64,000 nucleotides of DNA, from contig JASCQW010000148.1 in the NCBI GenBank assembly GCA_030264375.1, positions 13,695,411-13,759,410 of the forward strand. Direction: 5' to 3'. Source of the stretch: Carcharhinus longimanus. Its lineage: Eukaryota. A model generated the notes under the pieces. That model had not been told where the DNA came from. It made no database searches and worked only from the letters and a program-made list of their open reading frames with translations. Positions within the stretch are counted from its first letter, which is position 1, and the number at the start of each line of letters is the position of its first letter. Position numbers and translations under genes: made by a program. Below, piece by piece: positions 1 through 13,214 of this stretch.

Positions 1-623
1 CAAAAGTACAAAAGGTTGGCCAAGTCCATGCCAAAGTGCTAGCTCCTGGAAATGCTGACACATCTATCCCACATTGCTAGTAATCCCTACTGGAAAGCCA
101 GAAGAAGCAAGCTTAAGGTCTGGAGTTATTACCAACAGTATTAGGGTTCTCAGATAACATGACAAATGGTGTGATTATTTCAGTTTACCCTGTACACTGG
201 ATCTGATGTTTTCTTAATGAGGTGTGGACAGTTTTATAGCACAATCAGACTTGCTTTCTAGTAGCATCCGTGGAGTCTCTCATTTTGGAAGTATGGGATA
301 GCATTGTTGGTTTTGAAGCACACAAGGTAGAGGAGAAGAGGCACAGTGCACAGAAATAAATGATTGAAAATGTTTGGGCTCCATGTTTGCCAGGAACAGC
401 TGAGTTTGCATCACTACATGAAAAGAGCAGAAAGGAGCTCCCTGCTATGAGGAAGGTGGAAGCAGCAATCATCAATAATCTTAAAAGTCAACTGGATAGG
501 ACCTTGAGGGCAATAAACTTCTGGGGCCTAGGGGATGGAGTGGGACTGACCGAGTTGCTCTACAGAGAGTTAGCATGGATTTGATAGGTCAAATGGCCTC
601 TTCTTTTGTGATTTGTACTCTAG

Positions 624-1277
624 GGGCTGGATTTAACACTCTCTAACCCCCCCCCGACCCCCCATGGATTTGAAAGGGGCCTCAAAGCATAGCATACGGC
701 CTGTCCGCCAGCCCTATTAAAGTACTTAAATGGCCAAGTAATGGCCATATCCTGCCGCTATTTTACCCATAACAGGGGGACACCCAAGCCAAGTGGATAG
801 ACTGGCAGCTTTAGCTGCATGGGCTGGTATTGGCCAAGGTGGCAGGGGAGGAACCCCTTTAGTAAATCCTTTGCAACTATCCGTCACAATCCTATTTCCC
901 CTTTTCTCCGACTGCTGCCACCAGCACCTTCTCCCACCTCCACCCCCCCCGCCCACCCCCCAACTCTTTCCCCCCCACATTGGATTTGCCAGCCTAGTCC
1001 GATTGATACCTCAGACTTACCCTGGAGTCTNNNGCTTCACGGGAGACTTACCCTGGAGTCTGGGCTCCTCTTTGTTGGAACTGCCTAGCACTGCTGGTAC
1101 TACAGAGTTGCTTGCCATCCATTTAGCTGGCAGCTCTCTAAGGCAGAACTCCCTCCCAAGTTTTGTCTTAAGGCAATTAAAATTGCTCTGAACGTTAAAT
1201 TATTGTGGGACAGCTGGCAGTATTGTGAGTGGGCTAGCTGGGCAGAAAGGAGATCATAACACCTCAAAATTTAGCCC
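624..1277. mobile_element. GC-rich MITE-like element
   Basis: Imperfect terminal inverted repeats gggctggattt ... aaatttagccc. Confidence 0.45.
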
Positions 1278-1543
1278 AGTGACTCTTAACAATTGGTAAA
1301 TAAGTATTTTTCAAGTTTCCCTTCTGGGATTTGGGGAAGCTCAGCATTTACCATCAGCCATAACACTGACTCAAATTTTTTGTCATCTCCTAATGCTTCC
1401 TTCCATGGTTTGGTATCAATTTTTTTGATGAACTTCTTGTTAAACACCTGCGTTATTTTGTTCCTAAATGTATTATATAAATGTAAGCAGTTGTTATTAT
1501 TGTTATGCTTTGTGGTCAATTTTAGTGTCGCAACTTCTAGATA

Positions 1544-1549
1544 TTTATT
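1544..1549 (-). terminator. Candidate polyadenylation signal AATAAA
   Basis: tttatt on + strand about 90 nt past the putative stop. Confidence 0.35.
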
Positions 1550-1639
1550 TACAATACAGCATACCTGGCAGCAAGTGTAGCGTGTTTTGCATCAATACCA
1601 GAGTGGACAACTGGAGATCAAAACTGAACACTATTCAAG

Positions 1640-1765
1640 CTATTCTTTACCTGCATCTTTTTCAGAAACATGTGCTTCTTTAACAAGTAAATGAGCACTC
1701 TTTGGTCGAAGAGATCTTTCTGCGGATCTTCTGGAAGGTGTTTGGGATATTCCTTGGAGAGGAGA
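1640..1765 (-). CDS. CNTRL: Putative terminal CNTRL coding exon (SPLQGISQTPSRRSAERSLRPKS...DAGKE*)
   Basis: ctgttgtttcag acceptor, open in phase 0 to TAG at 1640-1642; little recognisable homology. Confidence 0.6.
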   Translation of the reverse strand, partial: SPLQGISQTPSRRSAERSLRPKSAHLLVKEAHVSEKDAGKE

Positions 1766-2770
1766 CTGAAACAACAGAACTAATTTGTATTTATAAATTG
1801 CCTTTCTTTAATGGAGTAAAACAAAGGACTTTCACAGGAATATTGTCAAACAACATTTAATATCAATCCACAAAGGGAGATAACAGGCAAAATGGTCAAA
1901 AGCTTGTTCAAAGAAGTAGGTTTCTAGGAAAGTCTTAAGCACAGAGAGGTAGAGATTAGGGAGAATATTCCAGAGGCAGCTGAAGACATGCTGCCAATAG
2001 GAGAATGTTTAAAATTGGAGCTGCACAAGAGGCCAGAACTGGAGGAACCTAGAAATTGTGGATGGTTGTAGGTCCGGAAAAGATTGGAATGAGTGAGAAA
2101 ATTGAGGTATTTGAAAACAAGTATGAGAATTGTAAAATCTAAATATTGATGGACCTTGAGATTGATTAGGACAATGAAACTTGAGCAGCAGAATTTTGGG
2201 TTAGTTAAAATTTAGGAAAATGGGAAGCAATCCAGGAGAGCTTTAGAATAACCAAGTCTAGAGATTACAAAGGCATGGATGAAGGTCTGAGCAGCTGAAG
2301 CAAAGCAAAGACAAGCGACGTTATGGAGGTGAACATAGGCGGCCTTGGTGATGGAGCAGATGTGTGGCCAGAAAACAACTAAAAGAGGACACCAAGGTTG
2401 CAAAAGACCTGGTTCAGACTCCAACAGTGAACATGCAGAGGGTGGAGTTGGTAGCTCAGGAATTGCATTTGTGGCAGGGGCCAAAATCAATAGCCTGGAT
2501 GTTAAGATAAACAGTTTATGTGCGGGGGTGGGTATTTCAGATTGGAAACCCAGAAGACTGTGTTTCTCCGCACACTATGAAGTTTTAACCCCACTGGTTC
2601 CAACAAGTTTCCTGCCCAGAAGTCATCCTGATCGAGAGGCTTGGCTTTCAAAAGAGTGGGGAAGAGGAACAGTGAGCAATGGTGCTTTCTTTCGTGGGGT
2701 GGACGTGGGGAAGAGTATTGATGGGGAGTGATTTGAAGGGGAAGAGGACTGCACCTGAAGTGATGTCACT

Positions 2771-3755
2771 GCTAACAATATAGAGAGTGGTTGCGGATGG
2801 GTCTTTTTCTGCATGGAGGTCGGTCACTAGTGGAATGCCCCAGGGATCTGTTCTGGGACCCTTGCTGTTTGTAATTTTCATAAATGACCTGGACGAAGAA
2901 GTGGAGGGATGGGTTGGTAAGTTTGCCGACAACACGAAGATTGGTGGTGTTGTGGATAGTCTGGAGGGATGTCACAAGTTGCAGCGTGACATAGATAGGA
3001 TGCAAGACTGGGCAGAGAAGTGGCACATAGACTTCAACCCAGATAAATGTGTAGTGGTCCATTTTGGCAGGTCCTATGGGATGAAAGAGTATAATATCAA
3101 GAGTAAGACTCTTAGCAATGTAGAGAATCAGAAGGGCCTTGGGGTCCGGGTCCATAGGACTCTTAAATTGGCCTCGCAGGTGGAGGATGTGGTCAAGAAG
3201 GCATATGGTGTACNNNNNNNNNNNNNNNNNNNNNNNNNNNNNNNNNNNNNNNNNNNNNNNNNNNNNNNNNNNNNNNNNNNNNNNNNNNNNNNNNNNNNNN
3301 NNNNNNNNNNNNNNNNNNNNNNNNNNNNNNNNNNNNNNNNNNNNNNNNNNNNNNNNNNNNNNNNNNNNNNNNNNNNNNNNNNNNNNNNNNNNNNNNNNNN
3401 NNNNNNNNNNNNNNNNNNNNNNNNNNNNNNNNNNNNNNNNNNNNNNNNNNNNNNNNNNNNNNNNNNNNNNNNNNNNNNNNNNNNNNNNNNNNNNNNNNNN
3501 NNNNNNNNNNNNNNNNNNNNNNNNNNNNNNNNNNNNNNNNNNNNNNNNNNNNNNNNNNNNNNCAATTTTTTTCACACAGAACATGGTACAAGCTGCCAGA
3601 GGTAGTAGTAGAAGCAGGTACAATTTTGTCTTTTAAAAAACGTTTAGATAGTTACATGGGTAAGATGGATATAGAGGGATATGGGCACAACTGGGACTAG
3701 CTTAGTGGTTAAAAAAATGGACAAGTTTCCATGTTGTAAACCTCTATGACTCTAA
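2771..3755 (+). mobile_element. 5'-truncated CR1 LINE (RT 3' part and tail)
   Basis: ORF reads GMPQGSVLGPLLFVIFINDLD...KFADNTK, typical CR1 RT; interrupted by N gap. Confidence 0.93.
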
Positions 3756-4039
3756 TTGTCGAATCACATCTAAGATTAGATGTTATTTGTCTTTAATGGG
3801 CTCCACTTGTTCCCTGGTCATCTTCTTGCCCTTAATGTATTGATAAAATGCCTTCAGCTCTCCCTTAATTTTATCTGCTAATGATATTTGATGCCCCCTC
3901 TTTGTCCTCTTGATTATTTTTTAAGCACCCCCACTGATAATGTCTAGACTCCTGAAAGGTCTCCTCCCCCCATTTTTAATGCTCTGTGCCTACCATATTT
4001 CCAATTTTTCTTCATCAATCCCTCGTTGTTCCTTGACAT

Positions 4040-4560
4040 TTACTGTGCGCAGTTCTGGTAGCCTCAATACAAGAAGAATGTGAAAGCTATTGAAAGGGTG
4101 CAGAGGAGATTTACAAGGATGTTGCCTGGATTGGGTGGCATGCGTTATGAGGATAGGTTGAGGGAGCTCGGTCTTTTCTACCTGGAGAGACAAAGGATGA
4201 GAGGTGACCTGATAGAGGTTTATAAGATGTTGAGAGGTATAGATCGGGTTGATTCTCAGAGGCTATTTCCCAGGGCTGAAATGGTCGCTACAAAAGGACA
4301 CAGGTTTAAGGTGCTGGGGAGTAGGTACAGAGGAGATGTCAGGGGTAAGTTTTATACTCAGAGGGTGGTGGGTGAATGAAATTGGCTGCCGTTGGTGGTG
4401 GTGGAGGCAAACTCGTTGGGGCCTTTTAAGAGACTTCTGGATGAGTACATGGGATTTAATGGGATTGAGGGTTATAAGTAGGCAGGGATATGATCAGCGC
4501 AACGTTTGGGCTGAAGGGCATGTTTGTGCTGTAGTTTTTCGATGTTCTATGTTTTCTAAT
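4040..4560 (+). mobile_element. CR1 LINE 3' fragment
   Basis: IERVQRRFTRM...RGDLIEVYK C-terminal ORF2 motif followed by 3' tail. Confidence 0.9.
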
Positions 4561-4869
4561 ATAAATTAATATGAGGGATTGGAAGAGAATTTGGAACAAA
4601 TGGTCAGTATGTAAAAGTATATACAGATTAACATCCTAACCAAAATACTACTGTAGCAGCAATCATTTAAGACAACTCTTTGGTATAAGGAATATTTGTT
4701 TGGTTACTGTTACTTTCACGAAGTGCATGCAAATTAAAGAATGGGTGGCTCCTGTGAATTTAAACAGGAATTGGTGAGCCTGGCACCGAGTAGAGATTTG
4801 TGAAAACTTTGTTAAGCAATCTCTTGGTTGCAAACCAGGATTCCATTGCCAGTCTTTGCAAGGTAATGT

Positions 4870-5295
4870 TGAGGACTCTGAGTCCATACTCATTGGAGTT
4901 TAGAAGGATGAAGAGGGATCTTATTGAAACTTACAGGATATTGCGAGGCCTGGACAGAATGGATGTAGAAAGGATGTTTCCACTAGTAGGAAAAACTAGA
5001 ACCAGAGGGCACAACCTCAGGCTAAAGGGATGATCATTTAAAACAGAGATGAGGAGGAATTTCTTCAGCCAGAGAGTGGTGAATCTGTGGAACTCTTTGC
5101 CACAGAAGGCCGTGGAGGCCAGGTCATTGAATGTCTTCAAGACAGAGGTTGATAGATTCTTGATAAATAAAGGGATCAGGAGTTATGGGGAAAAGGCAGG
5201 AGAATGAGGATGAGAAAAAAAACAGCCATGATTGAACGGTGGAGCAGACTAGCGGGGCTGAGTGGCCTAATTCTGCTCTTATGTCTTATGGTCTA
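4870..5295 (+). mobile_element. CR1 LINE 3' fragment
   Basis: SLEFRRMKRDLIETY...TRGHNLRLKG followed by tail. Confidence 0.9.
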
Positions 5296-5679
5296 GGGGT
5301 AATAACAAAATGGGCGATATTGAGTCAACAATGTTATGGTAATATCATCACTTCCAAGTCCCCCTACACGCTATCCTGATTGAACATTTATTTATCCCTC
5401 CATTGTTGCTGGTCAAAATCCTGGAATGCCCTAAAATCTTTGTGGGATCACCAATACCATAGGGCCGAAGCTTTTCAAGGAGAAGATTTGCTCCACTTCT
5501 TAGGGTAACCAGGCCTTGCCAAGCATCTCAAAAGTAAAGTAAATCAAAGGACATAAATTAGCACAAATTATTTCCCTAAAAAAACTGAATGTTTCTGAAA
5601 ATTAAATCCAGTTGGGATAACTAGAATAAATATTGACTAAAACTGATTTTTCCCTGCATTTCAATGATAAAAAAGAAAT

Positions 5680-6068
5680 GACTTCATGCCAGCTGAGTCC
5701 CTATTTCATTCTCATACTTTAAATAATTTGTGCATATTCTCCTCTATGCAAGTAAAACAAGTTGCAACGTTAGCATCATGACATGAGAAAGTGCAAATGA
5801 CTAATTCAGCAGAGCACCAGGATATCTTATCAAAATACTAGTCCCACTCAATTTAATTAAAATGTGATTGTTCCCAGTCAAACACTGGGAGCAAAACTGT
5901 GAATTTGTTTGGCTTTCAAATAGTGGCATAGTTAAGTCCAGAGTCAAAATTCCAAACTGCAGACGATCCAATCCAAATACCTACTGGTAGAAATTTTAAA
6001 CATGGTACTTCCAGGGCCAAATGAATCTGAACAAATATCAAAATCCTGCCAACATGGAGCATTTTATT
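5680..6068. repeat. Left arm of long inverted repeat (pairs with 7109-7506)
   Basis: Reverse complement aligns by eye, e.g. ctgccaacatggagcattttatt / aataaaatgctccatgttggcaa. Confidence 0.92.
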
Positions 6069-6527
6069 ATTACTATTCAATCAGAAACACAAGGAATCAG
6101 ATTCTTGATTTCATTGATCCTGCTTACAGGTTTGTCAGGTGTAGGTACCTTCACTTTCCAAATGAGAAAGATATTATAGTGCTGACTTAAAAAATCTTCT
6201 TAAAGTAAAAAAGTCCTCTGTTTCCCAACTGAAATGAAAATTTAGACTAATCAGCTTCATTTGCACTAACAAAATGAAAAAGCTTTTTACAGAATCCTAC
6301 AACACACACAATACATTATACAATCTTGTTATAATTGTTACAGCGGGATTATATTTCCATTTATCATTGAATTAACTTAAGCTGAAAATAACAATGAGAC
6401 CATGAATTTATCTTTTTCCTACTGCAGCTTTTACAAAGTCACTCAATACTAGAACCCAAGGATAGTTTTGGTTACAACCAATTCTAGCTGTTTTGCCCGT
6501 CTTAAATTGCTAGATTTTAAAACCCAC

Positions 6528-6707
6528 CTTGCTCTGTCCGTGGTTGAATGAAGATTGGTATTGGTGAAACGAGTCTACGTTGGTACAAGTGACAAGTTCA
6601 TCCAGTGCATCCACATGTCTTTTAAGGTTGGTCAGATTGCCCTCTGTCTGCTGCTTTCGTTTACTAAGTGTTTCGGCTTGCTTTGACATGCACTGACGAA
6701 TCTGTGC
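6528..6707 (-). CDS. CNTRL: CNTRL exon (AQIRQCMSKQAE...QTEGNL...VDALDELVT...)
   Basis: gtttag acceptor, gtgggt donor, 180 nt, phase 0/0. Confidence 0.94.
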
Positions 6708-7108
6708 CTAAACAAAAGAAAAGTGGCAATCCTTAACACATGAAAAAGTTAATATTTGCAAGGTCAGCTATGTCATTTGAGTTCTTTAGTTAAGTTACAA
6801 TTGTATTATTCACTATGCATTTTAAGTTTCTCCTCTTTAGATTAAGCTGCTCGCAGGTCTCTTTATTATTGTTTAAACTATTAAGAAGGGCATTTGTAGC
6901 TTAAACTAATTTGAGTTGAGACTTACTAACTTGTCCGTAAGGAGGGTATCTTTCTGGAACGTTCCTTCGATGGCCCGAGGAAGGATTGGAAGTCAATTAT
7001 TTGAAGAGGTCATGAACATGAATCTCACATGTTCTGTTTGTTATTCATTCTCAACAATTCACAATGCCAAACAGTTAATTTAGCATACTGCCAATGAAAA
7101 AAGATAGA

Positions 7109-7506
7109 AATAAAATGCTCCATGTTGGCAAGATTTTGATATTTGTTCAGATTCATTTGGCCCTGGAGGAACCATGCTTAAAATTTCTACTAGTAAGTAT
7201 CTGGATTGGATAATCTGCAGTTTGGAATCTTGACTCTGGATTTAACTATGCTGCCATTTGAAAGCCAAACAAATTCACAGTGTCGCTCCTAGAATTTGGC
7301 TGGAACAATCACTAATTTAAAATGAGTGGGGCTGGTATTTTGATAAGATATCCTGGTGCTCTGCTGAATTAGTTATTTGAACTTTACTCTCTCAAGCCAT
7401 GATGCTAATGTTGCAACTTGTTTTACTTGCTAAGAATATGCACCATAATTGCACAAATTATTTAAAGTATGAAATGGAAAAGAAGTTGAACTGGTATTAA
7501 GAGTCA
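7109..7506. repeat. Right arm of long inverted repeat (pairs with 5680-6068)
   Basis: gataagatatcctggtgctctgctgaattag is the exact reverse complement of the left-arm ctaattcagcagagcaccaggatatcttatc. Confidence 0.92.
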
Positions 7507-7849
7507 CAGCTTCTTTGGCATTAGAACGCCAATGTAGAAATACTCTATAATGGTCAATGAAATTGAAATAGAACAGGAATGATTTGTGTTTTAAAAGTTG
7601 CACAAGAAGTTCAGGGATACAAATAACTTGTTTCAGGCACTTAGGAAATTTACAGCTATCCTTATGAATTGAATTATCCGTTGTAACATATTCTACCTGT
7701 CTCATCACAACTGGTTCCTATGAAAATATTAATTATTTCTGATAATTTGTCTGTAATAATGCTGGAATGGCATTAACAATGAATCCAACAACTATTCTGA
7801 GTCTTTGCACACAAATTTGGCAGGACTGTCACTTTTGTATAAATGTAAA

Positions 7850-7982
7850 GGGGAATTTTCCAGCTGTTTATGCCAACAGGATTTTCTTGTCCTGCTACAG
7901 TGAACAGAGAACTGCTGAGTGCCACGTTCTCCATCCTTGCTTGCAGTGGCAGCAAAGTGGAAACAGCTGGAAAATTCCGGCC
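7850..7982. mobile_element. Small MITE
   Basis: Inverted termini ggaattttccagctgttt ... aaacagctggaaaattcc. Confidence 0.7.
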
Positions 7983-8011
7983 ATAATTTCACATTAAACA
8001 CATTTTTCAAC

Positions 8012-8074
8012 CTTGAGATGATCTTCCTGTTGTCTTAAATTTTCTCTCAGCACTTCTCCTCGCCACTGTTCATC
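8012..8074 (-). CDS. CNTRL: CNTRL exon (DEQWRGEVLRENLRQQEDHLK)
   Basis: attcag acceptor, gttgaa donor, 63 nt; resembles DEHWRGEALREKLR. Confidence 0.94.
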
Positions 8075-9481
8075 CTGAATGGCAAAGGAACAATAGAATC
8101 ATTTTAATGTACATTTCAAGCATGATATTCTATAGGGCAAGTAAATAATCTGGCTCTACCTTCCCCTCAACATTATTTCACAATTGCCTAATAAGGGATT
8201 TTAACTTCAGCTATCAATGTCTTTTCTCCATCTTTTCGTTCCCTCTTTTATGCAGAAAACCCAGTGCCTTTCTCAGTAACCCATTACATGATCAAAGTAA
8301 ATATGAAGCAATATCCAGCATTCCATGGTACCAAATGGATCAATATTCTTTGACAACACATTCTCTGCAGCCTCCACTGTTCCCTCAGATACTCTCTCAA
8401 CTACTCCCCTTTTTCTCATTGCCAACATGATTCTTATCTTTATATTCCTGTATATAAGTATACATCTGATGCTTCTTAATGGATAATTTTCTGGTGTGTG
8501 CTCCCTGGCTTGCAGCAGGAGTATAGAAGCAGGAAGCTAGTGCAATATTAGTAAGTTGTCTGACAGTTTTTAATATTTTCCATATATAATTCAAGAACGT
8601 TCTCATAAAACACTCAAAAGTTCTAAGTTTAAAAAATTCCATAAACCTACAATTCAATTTAGATTGGGATTTATAACAGAAGTTGCAGCATCCATTCTCT
8701 GTAAAGTGCCTTTTTCATTTCTAACAGTCAAAAAAACCACAATCTGTTCACACATGCTCTTATTCCCAGGTATTGGTTATGAAATTTTAAATAAATGCCA
8801 GACTTGCCTGAAATGAAAGTTTTGACAGTTCAATTTCAAGCTTTTTTCAATAAAATATTTTAGAGAAAGCAAAGAAACTCGCAAAATCTCACCAGGTTAG
8901 AAGTTCATAAAATCTGTATGGTGGAGAAGCAGGCCATTTGGTCCATCGAGCCTGTCTACCTAACTTGCACATCTTTGGAGTGCGGGATGAAACTGAAGCA
9001 CAGACATGGGAAGGACATGCAAACTCCAAACAGTCACCAGAGGCTGGAATTGAACCTCATTCCCTGGTGCTGTGAGGTAGCAGTGCTAACAGTACTGTGC
9101 CACCCTTTTGCAAACTTTCTGCTTCTTTTGATGCACAGGTGACGTGGTGAGACATTCTGCAAACTAACAACTTCAGAATGCACACCATATCTGTATCCTC
9201 CCATTGGTAAAGCTGTCAGATCTTCATTCAGCATAGATGAAGTTACATGTGACAAGTTTACATAAACTGTTTCCATTATAAGTTTGGATGTAGGGAGTTA
9301 TAATGGAAAAAGTTGAGAAGATGTGCACAGAGGAGCAAGATTGATGACATATTAATGATAATGTAGAAATTAATATATACCATATAATCTTACAGCATGA
9401 GGTAATTTGACTCATTGTAAGTATTTAGGAATATTAATACATAAGTTATGAACATTTAAATGAACTGCAAAGAAATATCAC

Positions 9482-9748
9482 CTTAAAATTGAATTTCATC
9501 AGACTTAACCTCTCATTGTATGTTCCGTCATTGGTTGCTGAGGGAAAATTTTCCTTTAAGCTTTCCATTTCACTCTGAACAGTCATCTCCTCTTCCCAAG
9601 TTATATTCAGATCATTCCTCGGTTCCACACATGACTGATCCAGGTCTTTCAAACTATTGCTAATTTCTGCTTTCACATCTGATCGAAGGGTTCTTATGGC
9701 TTCTTTTATCTCCTTCTGTTGTTGTTCCATTTGTTCCTGACTTCTCAG
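9482..9748 (-). CDS. CNTRL: CNTRL exon (LRSQEQME...ESLKENFP...FNFK)
   Basis: ctttag acceptor, gtgata donor, 267 nt. Confidence 0.93.
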
Positions 9749-10591
9749 CTAAAGGATCATTAAAATATTAAGGAGAGAAGCAGTTGAACAATCTAGAAAT
9801 TTATCAGTATTTGTTTTCCAATTATAAATTATTACATTACTTTCTTCAGCCTCTTTTTTATTGCCCCCTTATTTATATCCTACTTGCTTGCCTTCCCTTC
9901 ATGAAGAGTAACATTACAAAAACCCCTTCTGCTCTTCTCAACTTACTACCTAATACTTTCTTTAACTCCGCATTGGGAAGTATCTAACCTCCACTCGTAG
10001 TCTCCACCAAGATCAGGAGTTTGCTGTGGGGAATCACTCTTGGTCTTGCTAACACACTTGACACTCCCTGGAATGCTTCCCTTAGGAACCAGTGCAAAAG
10101 AGTAAATATAATGAAATACATAAAATTGCAAAAAGTAAGTCCTGGTAATAAATTTTTGTTGGTCATTTTTAGTGGTATTAATGATACTATATCTCAAATA
10201 TTCTAACCACAGGCATTGCATTACTCTGCAACCTTTTGTGATATTAGCATCAAAATCAACATATAAAAGTCAAATACAGTATATCAGTGATATTTTTATT
10301 GCATCAATAAACTCCAGATTATTTGTAAATAGAAACAGCACATGGGTAAGAGACTGCTATACTATAATGTCACTTCAGAGATTCATATGACACTGAAAGA
10401 CTGTTCATGAAATTTGAAAGATGTAAACCTACATTATAAAGCTGTTTTCCAATGAAAAATCCAACTTTTGAATACTGAACATCCACATGGGAAGAATAAA
10501 GGGATAAAACTGAAACGAACAATTCTTGCATAGAACAAATTTATTTTGTTTCAGCTAATTGTGAAAAACACTGTTTTGTTTTGTTGGGTAC

Positions 10592-10732
10592 CTGTTGCTT
10601 CAGTTCAAAATATTCTTGTCTCATCTCATTTAACTCAGTCATGACACGTTTGGCACGTTCATGGTTATCATGTGCAGCCTGGTCGATTGAAGATAATTCC
10701 TTCTGCAGTCTGCTGTTTTCGCATTTTTGTTC
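10592..10732 (-). CDS. CNTRL: CNTRL exon (EQKCENS...DNHERAKR...ELKQQ)
   Basis: acacag acceptor, gtaccc donor, 141 nt. Confidence 0.94.
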
Positions 10733-11211
10733 CTGTGTTGATAACACAAAGTCAGAAATTACCTCAGCGAGTTTGTTAGGCTAACGACACACAGGTAAGG
10801 TGGATTGGCCATGCTAAATTGCCTCTTAGCACCCAAAGGTGTGTAGGGTTAGGTGGATTAGCCATGGTAAATACACAGAGTTATGGGGATAGGGCAGGGA
10901 GAGAGAGCCTGGATGGGATGCTCTTTCAGAGAGTCGGTGCTGACATGTTGGGCTGAATGACTTCTTTCTGCAGGGTAGGGATTCTGTACAGGCTATTTGG
11001 TAGTTACAAATTGGTCCTTTATTAACAGATTTAAATTTTACCCTTTCAGATCTCTTTCGTATTTATCACTAAGGTGATATCAAGTGATAAATCGGCAGTT
11101 TATATTCAACAGTTCTCTTAAAAGTTTGTTAACACTACAGTTCAGTTAAACTATAATGGACTGATGGAATAACTGCTTTTGTACAATTGCTGGGTGGCAG
11201 CAGTAACTTAC

Positions 11212-11417
11212 ATTAAGGATCTTCTCCAGCTGAACTCGCTGAACTTTGGACTCTTCTTTGATTGCAGCAACTTGCTTCTCTGCCTTTTTCCTCTCTGAAT
11301 GAATTAGTTCCTGAAGCTGAGTTAGATTTTTCTTTGAGAGCTCAACCTCTTTATGACAAAACGCAAGCTCGTTGATCATTTCTTGGTGCTTTTGCTCTCG
11401 GCTGGAAAGCTGACGTT
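11212..11417 (-). CDS. CNTRL: CNTRL exon (RQLSSREQ...ERKKAEKQVA...LEKILN)
   Basis: ttctag acceptor, gtaagt donor, 206 nt. Confidence 0.95.
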
Positions 11418-12067
11418 CTAGAACAAAACAGAATGTCAGATGTAAAATTTATTTGTAATCTGAAAATGAAATCATCAATTTTTTATAAATGGGAATAGAA
11501 AAGTTCGAGAGTGGCTTGTCAGCACAATCCAGGATGTGTTTGTTCTGTCCTGGTTTAGGAAGTAATTGCTTAAATTCTAGTCTTAATCGGGACTTGGACT
11601 TCCTCTTGGGGTGGCAAGCAGACCAGATCTGTTTGAGTAGTAACAGCAGCACCAACACAGAATAATGCTCAGCGCTCTACTTAACATGCCTTCATTTTTT
11701 AAAATCCCAACACTCGCTGATTTCACAGGGGCCAGGCAGTTTCCATTAACTTGCTGGTGCTCACATGCTAGTCCTGTCAATTGGGAGGTATTTCACAGGC
11801 GAGGCTCATCCCATTCTCATCCAATGTTCGTGGCTGTCCACTTTCTATCACAGGACAAAGCACAATGTCAACAAACAGCCAGGTATTTGGCACTTTTCTT
11901 TTGCCACCCCAATGGACTGAGGCCAATTTTAGTGCTCTGCCTAAGATTAACTAGATCAAAGTAAATTGGTGACTTCATCTGGGATCTCTACATAGTTGTT
12001 AGTCATTGGATTGCAACTTCCAAACACACTTCCTAAGTCACTGCTACAATCAGCATTCAAGACTTAC

Positions 12068-12293
12068 TCAGAGTAGCAATCTGATCCTCCAGCATAATGC
12101 ATTGTTCCTCATCGTGTTGCAGTTTTCTTGATCGTTCTTCCATTAAGTTCACTTTTGCAACAGCTTGCTCAAATTTATCTCTCTTATCCGATAGCTCAGC
12201 TTCCAAAGCTTGGAGGTGGGTCTTTACCTTAGATGTAGATTGTTCCAACTTTACCCCCTCACATTGAATATCCTTCTCAATACGCTGTAACAA
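12068..12293 (-). CDS. CNTRL: CNTRL exon (LLQRIEKD...LEDQIATL)
   Basis: gtttag acceptor, gtaagt donor, 226 nt. Confidence 0.93.
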
Positions 12294-13214
12294 CTAAACA
12301 GATTAAATGAAAAAACTTCAGTAAATTCTTCCTGCATTTACTATAAAACCTTCCTTACTGAGAACTGGTACAACGTACCGCCATTCCACCATAAGGCCTT
12401 ACGATAAGGATTTATATCCACAAATGTCTGAGTGTCGGCAATGGGAAGGTATTTAAATGCTAGGCATTCTGAGGTGAAAGGGTGGCGTGAAGAAGGATAT
12501 TGAGCAAAGTATCCACATATACGAGGAAGAGATGATCATCTTTCAGTCCTCTTGATGAATACCATGGTGGAAATCGAAGAAATTCAGTAAAAAGATACTT
12601 TAAATTATGTAATACATTGAGCACAAAAAATAAAATCAAAATTGTGGTATTTAAATTCAAATTTTCTACCACGCAAACGGACAAAGGCAGTGATTGAGAT
12701 TTCCACATTTTTGTCTGTTTCACTGTAATACCAGGGCAGCAGGTGAAGTCATAACACCTACTGGATTCCCTCCAAGTCATGTGCTCTATGACTTGGAAAT
12801 ATATCGTGTTTTATTCATTGTCACTCGTCAAAATCCTGGNNNNNNNNNNNNNNNNNNNNNNNNNNNNNNNNNNNNNNNNNNNNNNNNNNNNNNNNNNNNN
12901 NNNNNNNNNNNNNNNNNNNNNNNNNNNNNNNNNNNNNNNAAATCCTGGAACTCTATACCCAACAGCTCTGTAGATTACCAACACCACATGGACTACAGCG
13001 GTTTCAGGAAAGCAACTGACTCCCACTTTGTCAAGGGCAATTAGGGATGGACAATAAATGATGGTCTAGCCAAGAATGCCAAAATCCCACAAATGAATAA
13101 AATATTTTGAAAGCATTCGTATTTTAAAAAGTCATCCTTTAAAAAATTTGTTTTTGACATAAAGCCCTCTAATAGCATGAATTCAATTTTTATTATTTCT
13201 GCATTATTTTGACT

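Noticed and set aside
245-584. Possible further CNTRL exon or neighbouring gene
   Set aside because: No convincing splice sites or homology; part resembles a decayed LINE tail.
2772-3636. Long ORFs of 130-283 aa in the ORF track
   Set aside because: Length is inflated by N runs; the real part is a CR1 RT fragment. The same applies at 26493-27204 and other gaps.
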